A stretch of 63,698 bases of DNA, counting the filler, from Choristocarpus tenellus KU-1152 (lineage: Eukaryota; Protista; Phaeophyceae): NCBI GenBank assembly GCA_964200185.2. It is 12 parts of 12 records of this genome, joined end to end, with 100 filler letters (N's around TTAATTAATTAA, not from the genome) between each part and the next. Parts side by side here need not be neighbours in the genome. Positions count along the whole stretch, not along the records: positions 51,266 to 61,074 come from CAXNAD020003374.1; positions 61,175 to 63,698 come from CAXNAD020027070.1; 10 more parts are not named here. One strand, 5' to 3'. Positions 51,621 through 63,698 of the stretch are shown piece by piece; the stretch's first letter is position 1; the number at the start of each line of letters is the position of its first letter. Below the pieces are notes generated by a model that was not told the origin of the DNA, did no database searches, and was given only the letters and a program-made list of their open reading frames with translations. The position numbers and the translations under genes were made by a program.

Positions 51621-52029
51621 TGATGCGTTGTGTTCGGTGATTGTTTGAAGTTCCACAAAAGTTCAAAGCAGGGGAATGTGCTAATATTGTGATTTAAATT
51701 CATGTGGGAAAATACTTTTAAAGGAAACAATCGGTTAGATAGATAACTAGAGTGTAGTTGGAGAACTTTTGGATAAATGTTGGATAACTGGATAGTTGAT
51801 AGTAATCTCTCTGTTGAGTGATTAAGATAACAATATCCAGGTTATTGTAGTATCATAAGAAGAATCCTGGAAAAGGAATGTTGTAGCCAGTAGCACAGAT
51901 TGAGTGATAAGTTATTATTAGTGATAAGGGATGAGTGAAAATTTTATCACTCCCCCCTCGTTTGGAGGGTGTTTCTCACTCCAACTTTCTACCTTCTACA
52001 ACATAGCTGACAAGGAATGAATCTACATA

Positions 52030-53950
52030 TTTCTATATCAAGGCTTGGGATTCTACACATTCTTTAGCGTAGGTTTGTCTCCTGCCATATCGCTGTTGCT
52101 GTATACCACCAAACCGTTTGAGGTTCCTTGTCATGAATCCTGGATTCCAGTGAAGGATCTTTCCATGAGACTGGACAATGGAATCTCTTCAATAGACCAG
52201 TCTCACAGGAGGTGGACTTCTCTTCAATCAAAGATACCAAGCATCACATAGAATCAAAGTATCTTAGAGGGTAGAGCCGCGTCCATTTGGGGACCAAAAT
52301 GCAATATTGCAATTTTGATGGAATTTTGGCTACCGTGTTTGTTAGGGAATGTCAATATCCTTGTTCCTGACACCTTTTCATAACATGCACATTCTACCTA
52401 CTCCGAAACATTTTGGAGTAGGTAAAATATCATTAAAAACTCATTGGAAGCCAAGCCTGAAATGGACAAACAGGGAATAACGTGTACCCTCTAAGATACT
52501 TTCACTCATATTCTCTTTGATGGCATGTCTTGTTCTCCCTCTGATGATCTACACTTTCATGAGGTCCTCCCCATTCGCCAGTCTTGCACTTATCCAACCT
52601 TGACCTGATCCTCTTAATTACAGCTCGTCTTCATCTGTCTGGTCTATCTTGCCCGGTGATTCTTTTCACCATTGACGGCATGTTTTGTTCTCCCTCTGAT
52701 GATCCACACTTTCATGAGGTCCTCCCCACTCTCCAGTCTTGCACTTATCCAACCTTGACCTCATCCTCTTAATTACAGCTCGTCTTGATCTGTCTGATCT
52801 GTCTTACCCGGTGATTCTTTTCACCATCCTTGTCTGAGTGATCTGCACCACAATAGAATCACATGATTCACATTGGCAACTATCCGGTGAATTCAGATAT
52901 TGGGTGACAGGTAAAATTTCAACTAATGAAAAGTACACCAAACACAAAAGCTAGAAGAAGACTCCATCGTCAGGAAGAGTGTCTTGCTGATGTTGCCTCA
53001 GAAACAAAAGAAGAGGAACAGAAGGTCGACATGAGTGAATCTGAACAGCATATGGAGACATCCACGAATCATGGCTCAGACACAGGGACCTTTGAGCATC
53101 ATGTCAGCTCAAGCGACTATGACACCAGCGGTGTCCTTTTCCACAGCAGTCTCAGTTTCCTCTCCTCATTCAATCACTATTGATGCTCGTTGCATAGAAT
53201 TATTACCAATAATTCTCCAAGGCCTTGCTGAAGCGTTCTATTTTCAGGACTTGACTGGGAATGGCGTTCACCAAGCAACATAGTCAGGTTATAATCTTCC
53301 CCTGATACCCCAGTTCCAATAACCCCACCAACGTCGTTGGGAGATGACCGGAAGGCTTTGATTGAAGCATTTACCCCCTCCATGCTGTTCCCCGTTCAAA
53401 CCTCATCCAAGCCCAACGATACAACCACCTTCTCCAGGCAAAGGTGGATCATCACCTAGCAGAGGAAGCCACCCTACTCCGATCCTCAGCTTGGTCGTTG
53501 ATGGTTATAACTGTGACAAGTCGTTCTGCTTGCTTTTCAATCCCTCAACTCCGTTATCCACCTAATCGTGCAGAGCCCCCAGCTACGCTACATCACCATG
53601 TGGATGAGCAACACACCATACCACAAAGTAGTTCGTACCAGTATCCTAGTCGTCAGGTGGTGACTCGTGAGGATCATTTGACCTGGGTCATACACCTAAA
53701 CAACCCAGATCGTATTGTAGGCCGTTTGGGTACAATAGAGGAAGAGGTCGTGGACACCAGGGCCGAGATGATAGCAGTCAGTTATGGGTCACTATAGTCA
53801 TCGTCTCTTGGGGTGCCCAGATATATTTGACGGCTGTCCATTTGAGAATGATCATGGTTTTGTTGATACCATAGAATGGAATGGCAAGCGTCAGAGGTGA
53901 CAGCCGGTCACACCACTTGCTCCTCAGATATTGGTTATAGACTGTTTGTC
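52030..53950 (+). mobile_element. LTR family 1 copy (ends 52872; MITE insertion and 155-bp internal tandem duplication) followed by TGG PBS-like site and decayed gag
   Basis: Same core motif and GATTCACA|TTGG junction. The duplication units start at 52518 and 52673. Confidence 0.7.
52251..52507 (-). mobile_element. MITE family A (TSD ATA) inserted in an LTR
   Basis: Full TIRs with perfect ATA/ATA flanks. Confidence 0.9.
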
Positions 53951-53977
53951 TGTCTCTAAGCATTTCCTTCACCTTTA

Positions 53978-54236
53978 GAATGAAAGTAACTTAGAGGGTA
54001 CGGGTTTTGCCCATTTTGTCCATTTGGAGCTTGACTTTCCATGGGTTCTTTTATGCCGTTTTCTTACTCCAAAATGTTACGGAGTAGGTAAAATGTATAC
54101 GTTATGAAAAGGTGTGTCTGGAACATGGATATTGAAAGTTCCTAACAAACACGATACCCACAATTACATCAAAATCGCAACATCGGATTTTGGACCCCAA
54201 ATGGACGCGGCTCTATCCTCTAAGATACTTTGGCTC
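53978..54236 (+). mobile_element. MITE family A
   Basis: TIRs and body present. Flanks are TTA/TTT. Confidence 0.85.
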
Positions 54237-55171
54237 TTTAGTTCAGCCAAGTTCGTAAGGATAACAATCAAACTCGGTTCAACAGTTCTTTATGCGGATA
54301 CTCATTTACTCCTAAACCTTTCGTCTTTTTTATAACTATGGGCTAATATATCCGTCACCGTCAAAGAACAAGTGGAAGTTGACTAAACCGTAGAGACAGC
54401 AAGTGATTCGACGGTTACTTCATCCCGTTCCCCAAAGGATTACTCTGCAAAATTCCTGGTGGGTGAATTTGTCTTCTAATCTGTAAAGAAAATATCCAAT
54501 TTGAGTTGGTTGGGTAAGACTTTGGGTAGGAGAGTTCGGGTTGTTGGTACAAATCAATGAGTTGATCTTCACCTATATATTCCCCCCCAAAAGAGCTTCA
54601 TATATATGAGGCATCCGCAAGCCCCCCAGATACTTTGACCCTCAGACAAGAGTTTTCGAGGAGCTCGATGTGGAAAGGGGTGAAGTTGTTGATGCGTGGA
54701 CGCGATGCATAAACACATTGAGCCGTCACGACTGCTGCAAGAGTTCTCGCAAAGTTTGGCCCTGGGCAGGAACCTCTCCGATTCACTGATTCCCAGCGGA
54801 ACCTGTGAAATAAAAGAACAGCGTAGCACACGAAAAACAGATCGGGAATGTGAGTGTACGAATGGTGAGGAAGAACTACCTAGGCAACGTCTATACCATG
54901 GCGATCGAAAACCACTCGCATACGACTATAGGTGTGGCGGTCAGAGACCACTCGTTTTACAACAATGAAGGATGATGGTTCCCTCGAAGCCACAGATGCC
55001 ATCACACCCACGGAGACGACGAAGAAAACCCGTAGACGCCGAATGAAGACCACATACCCAAGTGGAAAAAACAAAGAATCCAGGCGGACATAGGAAGCTA
55101 CAAAGAATACTAAACGTTGAGGTGAATACGAAGTATTCTCTCCAGTTTGAAGAGAGGCGGTAGGACCTCCA

Positions 55172-55637
55172 TGTTACAGTGCGCCCCCCAAAAACTTACC
55201 TCCACAGGATATGCAACTCAAATCCAACGATCTTAAAACGACGCTACGCGGGGGTTCACAGATGATGACCACATATGGTGTCAGTTGATGCTTAGCTCAG
55301 TCGATGTCTCGCTTTCCGCTTTGTCAAAAGAGGGTAAGAATCAAAGAACTGAGTCGTGTGGTCAACAACTCAGCCTTTTATTAACATCATTCACCGTTTT
55401 TCTACAGCCAAAGAGTTAAATGACTTCTGCAAACTGCTGAATAAATACTCCAATCATAAATCTTTATTCACAACTTTCAGGAATTGACGTCTGTTCTGTA
55501 AGGTTATGTATGCATTTCGAATCTTACTCTGCATTTTCTATCAATTCAAAGTTCCCCTTATATGAATTCTTACGTATGTATACTGTTCGCGCATTTTGAC
55601 ACACAGAAGGAAATGCTCGTGCTATTCGCCTGTAACA
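55172..55637. mobile_element. LTR family 2 copy
   Basis: TGTTACAG...CTGTAACA termini, homologous to 59333-59940. Confidence 0.7.
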
Positions 55638-55823
55638 ATACCACATTATTACCCGTTAGTGATTCCCTTGCTTTATCCCAATAACATACTGCTTGATATT
55701 AGTGCCATACAGCCCCTTGGTGCAATCCTTGGTTGGCAAGAACGTCTCTCGTTCCAAAAGAGCTTGTGTACCATTCCAGCAAGACATCGCATGACAAGGA
55801 GGCCCACACAAAAAGTGCTGATA

Positions 55824-56428
55824 TGTTAAAGCGTGCCCCTCAGAACTCACCTCCACAACAGACAGGATGTACAACTCAAATCCAACGACCGTAACTCAAC
55901 GCTGTGGGGGCGTTGCCCTTGATAACAATTTGTAGGGTGTCAGGTGTCCTTCTCTTCTTGGTATTCCACTCTGTGCTTAGCTCAAATCTCAACCCAAAGT
56001 TTCGTTCAAGATAAAAAGTAAGGACTGAAGGTAAAAGGGGGTGATCGTTTGACCAAAAGTCTTCTTATTTTTTTCATAATCCACCCAATTTCTTTGTTCT
56101 TCTATGCAACTGCTCTACACGTACTCCAATCATAAACCCTTGTTCTGCAACTTCTTTAGGGACTTCGACAAATGTTACATATGCATTCCGAATCTTAATC
56201 TGTATCTTCTATGAAATCATTTACTCTGTAAGTCTACCTATGTGTTACTAATATCGTATATTGTTCGCACTTGTTAGAACGCGAGAAACAATACTCGCAC
56301 AATAGTTCTGCCACAAATGTTCGTGTTTGCTGAAACATGGGAAGAAATGCTCGCGCTATTCGCGCGTAACAAATGCTCGCCCTTCGTTGGAACGCAAGAA
56401 GAAATGCTCGCGCTATTCGCCTGTAGCA
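55824..56428. mobile_element. solo LTR family 2 (4-bp TSD GATA)
   Basis: TGTTA..G...CTGTAGCA termini, with GATA on both flanks. Confidence 0.78.
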
Positions 56429-57278
56429 GATAAAGGTGCAACTCCTTTGTTCTCTGCGGAGAGTGTGGAACATGATTTTGACCCTATACCTATTAAAACC
56501 TTGAATTGCATTAATCTGTGGTTCTTCTGGTGGTGAAGTTCTCTGTATAGAGAAGCTTAAGTCTAACTAACAGGTGACCTATTGCACTGTAGCACTGGTG
56601 GAATTAAATGCGATCATCTTGGGACACATGCTCTGTGAAGACGCTCATTGGATACGGTGAAGTACAGCACTATTCAGTGCTGTGGTCCACGATAGTGATG
56701 CATGCTCAGAGTAGAGGCTTGTGGATGTAGTAACTCTGAATATATCCCATCCACACTACTTGTGCTGAAGTACAATTATTATTATTTGAAAGTGAATTGG
56801 AAACCAGCAACTTCCAACAAAATTAATAAAACAGAGTTTGATCTATGAAAGAAAAAAAATGAAGTATCAAGTCTAATTCATAGTAAACTCATATTTATCA
56901 CATTCTGACTGGGTTTGTATGTTGAAGAACATCTACCAAATCTGTCAAACTTACTATATACCACGCAAATGGCAACAGTAAATCATGATGATATATCACG
57001 CAGGGTAATATGCATGTGGAGACTTGTTAACTAAAGAATCTTTACAAGTGGACCGGACAACAGTCTACACTACTTGGTGGTATTGAACTGCATCTCTATA
57101 AATCGTAAAGGAAGCAGCGTATCTTTCAACACTAAAACCATCCAGAGTGCAAAGATAAGATGCGATACTATACCATGCATATCGGTGTAATGCAATATTG
57201 TGTCATGTGTTTTAAGCTGGAGACACTAGGGAGATGGGCCAATAGGGGATTGTTAAATTCTTGGGATGTTTCCCCAGC

Positions 57279-57706
57279 TGTTATAGCACACTCCAAAAAG
57301 TTACCTCCACGGGATGTATAGTTCCAATCCACAGGCCTATAGATGACGCTGATGCTTGTACGGGACTCCAGGGATACTCCGAGAGTCAAAAGGCCGAACG
57401 AGGATGATGAATATCAAGTCAGCAGATAAAGGTACTCTTATGAATCAGTAAGCATGAATATGAAAATTGGTATCAGCCAAGAGTGAGCCATGTGGGGCCT
57501 CTTGTCATCATTTACCTTTTATTTTTATTTTGGTTTACAGATGTTGAAATATTCTGAGAACCGTTTTGCATACATACCCAAGTTACAGACCTTTCTCTGC
57601 AACTTTTAGCAAGTCGGAGTTCCCCCTTTTGGGGTTCGACACATGCGTACACTGCTCGCGCTGGTTAAAGCACAGGAAGAAATACTTGCACTATTCGTCT
57701 GTAACA
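57279..57706. mobile_element. diverged LTR family 2 copy
   Basis: TGTTATAG...CTGTAACA, with both terminal regions homologous. Confidence 0.6.
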
Positions 57707-58351
57707 TGCCCCCCAGCGTGAACTAAGTAGTTGGTAAGCTGACCACATATCATCAACCATTGGCTAATGATGTATCATGTAATAGACAGATTTTAGAGAG
57801 ATATCGTTCACATTTACGACAACTGTTGCTTTTACAAGGGTCCTTACGATATTTAAGTGACTTTTCCCTGATACGTCTGGAAAATGTCTGATATGAGAGT
57901 CATCTCTTCCAAAGGTATACCTCCAAGGTGACCTACCTTGAAGGTTCTGCTGTTAGCCCTCAACATGTCATGACACAAAACTTCCTCCAAAAGGACAAGG
58001 ATAAACAAAGTATGATTATACTATTCGTATTATTATTTTGCCCTCGGACATTTTGGAGATGTGTTAAGGGAAAAAACAATGAAAAACCATTCAAATGTCA
58101 GAACAACCCCTGAAAAAGTAACAGTTGTCGCAAATCTGAAATATATTTTTCTTTCATTTATTCTCTATTTTGCTAACAGCTATGCTACACCACTGCCCTG
58201 CTGTGCCTCCAACCTAGCTTAGTCCTGCACCTCAGGGTGTAGAGCTAGGGAAGCATCCCAAGAATCTAACAAGCCCCTCCTTGCCCATCTCCGTGGTGTC
58301 TCCAGCTTAAAACGCATGACACGTCTAGATAGAGCTACTTGTATTGTGGCA

Positions 58352-58610
58352 GAGTGAAAGTATCTTAAATGGTTCGAGTTTTTCCCTGTTTGTCCATTTG
58401 GGACTGGGCTTCTCTCGCGGTTTTTATGACATTTTCCTACTTCAAAATATTTCGGGAGTAGGCAAAATGCATACGCCATGAAAAGGTGTGTCCAGAACAA
58501 GGATATTGACACTTCCTAACAAACACGATAGCCAAAATTACATCGAAATCGCAACATTGGATTTTGGCCCCCACATAGACGAGGCTCTACCCTCTAAGAT
58601 ACTTTGGCTC
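58352..58610 (+). mobile_element. MITE family A
   Basis: TIRs and body present. Flanks are GCA/TCA. Confidence 0.85.
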
Positions 58611-58639
58611 TCATCATTGCTGGTGGATGAGTGTGGTAG

Positions 58640-59270
58640 GTGGGATACTACTTGCAATTCTGCAACGCAACATCTAGAAGGAGGCCTTTGTCCCGATAGG
58701 GAGCTGATCTGGGGTCCACAAGTGCCTCAGCATGGAAGACCAGATCCATTCGAAAATCTCGGTCCACTGTGAAGGGCTACAGTCCTCTATAGGGCAAGAG
58801 ATGCTCACTCCTTTGCAGAGATGACCTAGACGCTTCACCATCGGTGCGTGTTGGTGAACCTGTCCTCCTGCCCCACGGCAGGTACGTGCATGCCTTGTAT
58901 CCACATTTTGCCTCCTGCACCCAGTCACTGGGCATCTGTTCGATAGGACCTCCTCCCTCCCTAGGGATCTGCTGGCAGTGAGTATAACCTCTACGAGAAG
59001 GATCTGGCATGCTAGTTCCAGGGTTTGTGTGGAGGCCCATGCATTTGCTCCTCGTCTACACTGCCTTCGGTGGTGGGCTAAGGCTAGCGAGGAACTTCCT
59101 TCCCTTGTTCTGCTTCATCAGGTAAGACGGCCAATTGCGTCCGGAAAGAGTCGAAGTGGATCCTGTTTAAGAGATGAGTTATCTCTTGTTGTGCCCTCCT
59201 TGTGATCCTGACTTCATGGACTGCCAGAGTGTGGACCCCTGGGGCAGGTGGGGGGTTGTTGTTCCCTCCC
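58640..59270 (-). mobile_element. CRE-like non-LTR retrotransposon remnant (zinc knuckle plus restriction-like endonuclease region)
   Basis: C...HARTCRGAGGQVHQHAPMV...L....SI...IE followed, after a frameshift, by DRDFRMDLV. Confidence 0.65.
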
Positions 59271-59332
59271 AAACTACCCTATACATATAATATCCCGATC
59301 AGATATTTTGATGCCACCATCATAATATATAA

Positions 59333-59940
59333 TGTTACAGGCGCCCCTCAGAACTCACCTCTACAGGATGTACAACTCAAATCCAACGACCTTAAAACGA
59401 CACTATGGGGGCGCGTTGCCCTTTACAACAGTTTATTTGTAGGGTGTCAGATAGCCTTCTCTTGATACTCCACTCAGTGCTTAGCTCAAAGCCTTACTCA
59501 ATGTTTCGTTCTAAAGATAAGACTGGCATGTAAGTGGGGTGGTTTATTAACCAAACGTCCTATTATTATTTTCATCATCCACCCAATTTCTTTGGTCTTC
59601 TATCAACTGCTTTATAGGTACTCCAATCATAATCCTTTATTCTTCGATTTCTTAGGGATTTTGACATTTTCTTCTGTAATATTACGTAGGTATTCTGAAT
59701 CTTACTCTCTCTGCATCTTCTACGAAATCATTTATTCTCTAAGGCTACCTATATGTTACTAATATCGTATATAGATCGTACTTGTTAGAACGTTTGAAAC
59801 AATCCTCACACTATACGTCTGTCACAAATGTTCGTATTTCCTAAAACATGAAGAGAAAATGCTCACGTTATTCGTGTGTTACAAATGCTCGCACTTCGTT
59901 GGAACACAAGAAGAAACGCTCGCGCTATTCGCCTGTAACA
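59333..59940. mobile_element. solo LTR family 2
   Basis: Perfect 8-bp TGTTACAG/CTGTAACA termini. Flanks are ATAA/ATTA. Confidence 0.78.
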
Positions 59941-60159
59941 ATTACTCTTCATTAAATATTTGACGAAGTCGTCGAACACAATAGTGGTGGAGGGTATAGT
60001 AGTACATAGGAGAATCGTCGATATCTGGTGTGATATACGTACTTCTTTGTGGCGAAAAAGTCAACACTATTAACAGTCACATTTGTTCCCCATTTTGCTC
60101 CCAGAGAAAACTCTCTTTTTGGTTGACCCGCAAATCAGGTTTTGAGATGGTTTCTAGGT

Positions 60160-60555
60160 CCATCAGAAGGGAGGGTGACGTGGAAAGGAGATTTATCCGT
60201 TATCATGCTGTGATTGCCCTATTATATATACCGTCAGCCGTTTGAGGTTCTTTGTCAGGAATCCTGAATTCCAGTGGAGGATCTTCTGTGAGACTACTGT
60301 ACCATGGTCTTCAGAGATATCGAGCATCAAGATTCCGTTTAACGTCAAGTCTTGTCAACACCCTGATGATCCATACTCTCATGACATCCTCCCCACTCTG
60401 TAGTCTTGCACTTGTCCTGCCTTGACGTTATCCTCTCTGTTACGATTCACCTTGGTCTGTCTAGTCCGTCTTGCTCGGTGTTTCTCTTCATCACCCTTGC
60501 GTGAGTGTATGTTAAAACATAGGCTACTCATCTGTTTGTTTCTTGATACGATACA
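60160..60555 (+). mobile_element. LTR family 1 copy
   Basis: Same core motif at 60238-60296. Boundaries are approximate. Confidence 0.6.
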
Positions 60556-61474
60556 GTTCCACCAGGTCAACACTGACTGTTGATTGGTCTGTTACGTTCT
60601 GGACGTTACTTTCACTAGTTCGTCATCNNNNNNNNNNATCACCACATCAACTACAATCAGAACACCTCAGTACAGAACAGTCACTTTGCGTTCCACACAA
60701 ATATTATAGTATAGTGTACGTCAATTGAGTTGCATTACATATTGTTTCAATTTTGTTCTGTTGTTCTGTTGTTTGTTTTTCTTTTACTCTTTGTTTTTAA
60801 CAGCAGAATATGACAGTTGCACATTGATGGTTGATTATTATTTCTTTCGTGACTGCCATTATTGATCCTAAAATTGCACCAAAGCCACTCTGCAAACTGT
60901 GTATCAAACACACACATACAGGGATGTAATATTATAAGAGTTTAAACCATCCGCGGAAACCCTTGCCAGCCAAGGTAGCAAGCACTCTCCACAAAGCATG
61001 GAATTCTTTCGTTGAGTGACCCAAAGTATCTGGGAGGGGGGGGGGTCTACATCAAGGTGTCCATTTGGTCCAAANNNNNNNNNNNNNNNNNNNNNNNNNN
61101 NNNNNNNNNNNNNNNNNNTTAATTAATTAANNNNNNNNNNNNNNNNNNNNNNNNNNNNNNNNNNNNNNNNNNNNGGGGGGGGGGGGGAGAGTGCAGGCAA
61201 GAAAGAGGCGAGAGAGTGGGGGGTGGCGGAAGATAAACTGCTTCAGTACCGGTCCGTACTGAGTTGGTAGTAGTGTAGCATAGAGGTTTCGATGTGATGT
61301 GAGAGCATGAACCTGGAGTACTCTAGAGCACTCTGGAGTAGTGAAGTAGGGTACCTGTGATGCAGCACTGTATTGTAGTGCACTCGGTAGCATATGCTCT
61401 TCAGGACCAAGCTAAGGGCTGTGGCAAAGCATCTCAATGGAAAAATTCACAGGGCGACTGATGGTACACCTCTA

Positions 61475-61524
61475 CTATCCTATCCTATCCTATCCTATCC
61501 TATCCTATCCTATCCTATCCTATC
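61475..61524 (+). repeat. (CTATC)n microsatellite
   Basis: Direct reading. Confidence 0.9.
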
Positions 61525-62649
61525 ATATCCGTTGCCGTGTGACAGCGGTCATGATAAACCGAGAAGAAGGTGGGGGAGGTGTCATTGCAGAGCGGTGTCG
61601 AAGGAGGGTTCAGCAAAAAAAAAAATAGTATATAACAATATATGTGGAAGAAGAAGGTTTGAGGGAGGAGGAGGAGGAGGAGGAGAAAGTGAGGAGAAAG
61701 TGAGGAGAAATGAGAGGTGGGATAGTCATACCCAACGAGCGAGGAGCAAGGCGTGAACGGAGGCAATCAAGTACAATTAGTTGCAGAGCAACAGTTAGCT
61801 AAAGGTAGTTAGTATGGCAAGAGGCACTGTGGTGTGTAGTGGCTCTGACCACTGGTTGAGATAGAATTAAAGGAAATGAACAAACAATAGAGTGGGGATG
61901 CAACAAATCGCCAACAGCCTGCTTTCTTCCATCTACTCCATCTACTCCATGATTTCACCAGTATTGGAATCACTTTGAAACTACTATTTCGACAGTACCA
62001 CCCCTTGATTCACCAGCTTCTCAACTAGATGGCCTAGTCATTATCCCCCCCTTCCTCTCCATTCACATCTGAGCTTGGAGTACATTGCCACAGGGCAGGT
62101 CTCCAACCTACAAAAAGCCGACTCATATTGAAGCTGCCCTCAAAGGGCCAAACTATAAGAAACGCCTGATAGAACAAAATGCAAATACGGCACTCTAATA
62201 AAAATAAAATAACCTAACAAAGAACTGCAGCACCAAATAATCCTTAAATAGAAAAATACCTCGGGCAAACAGCAACCTTCACACAAGACTATGTTGCCTT
62301 CACCTTGAATGCACCCAACAGGAGAGATCTATTTGCAACTTAAACATGATCTAGTCCCTACCCCCTTCAGTTCATACTAAGCAGGGTCTTACTCCTGCAG
62401 TTTCCAACAAACATCAGAAGAACACCAATATTATACATACATTATATATACATATTAATATATACATTAATATACATATTTTTATCCCTACACTAAATTT
62501 GTACATAAAAAAAAATGAACTTTCACTCCTAACTCCGCGATAACTTGTTCTATTCTTATATACTTATCACCACCATACTCAGATTCTTACTTTTCCTCCT
62601 GTTTCTACTACTCTCTCCCACCACACCACATCGCACTGTCTTATCCTAC

Positions 62650-62787
62650 CTCTTCACAGAAACCTCCACAGTGGAATCGACTGGCTGTCTCAATCTGTGC
62701 AGTTGTCTTAACATACACACCAAACATCCTCCTGCCTATCTTGTACGACAGCAGCTCTGCCAACTCCTTGTCTTCCACAAACCTGTC
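62650..62787 (-). CDS. orphan internal exon (DRFVEDKELAELLSYKIGRRMFGVYVKTTAQIETASRFHCGGFCEE)
   Basis: T-rich tract upstream, AG acceptor (62788 or 62783), GAG|GTAGG donor, protein-like composition. Confidence 0.55.
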
Positions 62788-63698
62788 CTCTCGCGCCCAA
62801 AATTGTAAAAAAAAAAAAGGGGGTACAGTAGGAGCAAAAAAAAGAGAGAAAAAAAAGGGTAAAGTAGGAGCACAAAAAAACAAAAAAAACAAACAAACAA
62901 GGAGTTTGTTCGCGTCAAGGTACGTACGTCTAAAGTATGGTGCTGTGAATCGCAGCGGAACAATCATCAGCTTCAGTTTAATTAAATCGAGAAGCAACCC
63001 GACAGATTAATTAATCTTAAATTAAGAGTAGAGTAAATTTTATTTATTTATTTACACGTTGTCTCTCGCCATCAAGAGACACACAAGACCTGACCCAAAG
63101 CATCGCCACACAAACCGGTTCTATTCACAGTAGCTCCTTTTTTTTCATCACCAAAAGGCGGTAAAGCACTCACAACTCACTACGCACTCGTGGGGGTTCA
63201 AAATCTGCTAAAATCTGAGATCTGGGGAGGCTTTTTGGGAGGGGGGTAAGGAGGCCGTCCATGCCAGCAGCCAGGGCCGTCCATTCCAAGTCTAGCCCAT
63301 TCAAAGGATTGCCTAGAGGAGCGCTCCAGGATTAAGAACACCAGAGCTAGGAAAGACTGTGCCAGATGTAACATGTTGGATGTAACATGTTGGTTGTTGG
63401 CAGTCTCTATAGTGTACGACGGCGGAACAGGCGGTGTACTTCAAACCTGGTAATATTATTATTATCATTATTATTATCATTATTATTTTATCATTATTAT
63501 TATCATTATTATTACTATATGTTTAAAAAAAAAGCAACTAGATGCTTCATGACATTCAAGGCCTGCCTGATGCCACTGCAGTGGACTCTTTCGATCAATG
63601 AAGCACTCACTCACGGCAAATAAAAAAAAAAAGGAAAATTGATGTGCTTACAAGTTCCGTAAACGGGGGGGGGGAGGTCAGCCGCTGAACCTTTGACA

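Overview
Eukaryotic nuclear DNA, not prokaryotic. It is probably a brown alga or related photosynthetic stramenopile; this is inferred from the TTAGGG telomere motif, kb-scale TE-filled introns and the style of the Gypsy/CRE proteins. The window is 12 contigs joined by 11 identical artificial 100-nt linkers (N44-TTAATTAATTAA-N44), so adjacency across linkers cannot be trusted. Most ORF-track entries are spurious; the real genes are spliced and partial. They are a six-exon bacterial-type RoxA/YcfD JmjC ribosomal oxygenase with a GC-AG intron, two Gemin2/SIP1 exons, the last exon of an MDR/quinone-reductase ending in PTS1 (SRL), two ankyrin-repeat exons and several orphan exons. The rest is transposon debris: three related PIF/Harbinger-like MITE families (3-bp TSD, shared CAAAGTATCT terminus), Copia, Gypsy, LINE and CRE remnants, two LTR families, a DIRS-like ITR-bounded element and minisatellites. 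The most unusual signals are (1) dozens of very short interstitial TTAGGG tracts that appear to be written onto TTAG seeds, including the same +4 nt conversion in both TIRs of one MITE, and (2) a ~130-bp chimeric fragment resembling endosymbiont Rpn nuclease plus IS1634 transposase DNA. No CRISPR, rRNA or tRNA genes were found. All protein-family calls are from recalled motifs, not database searches.
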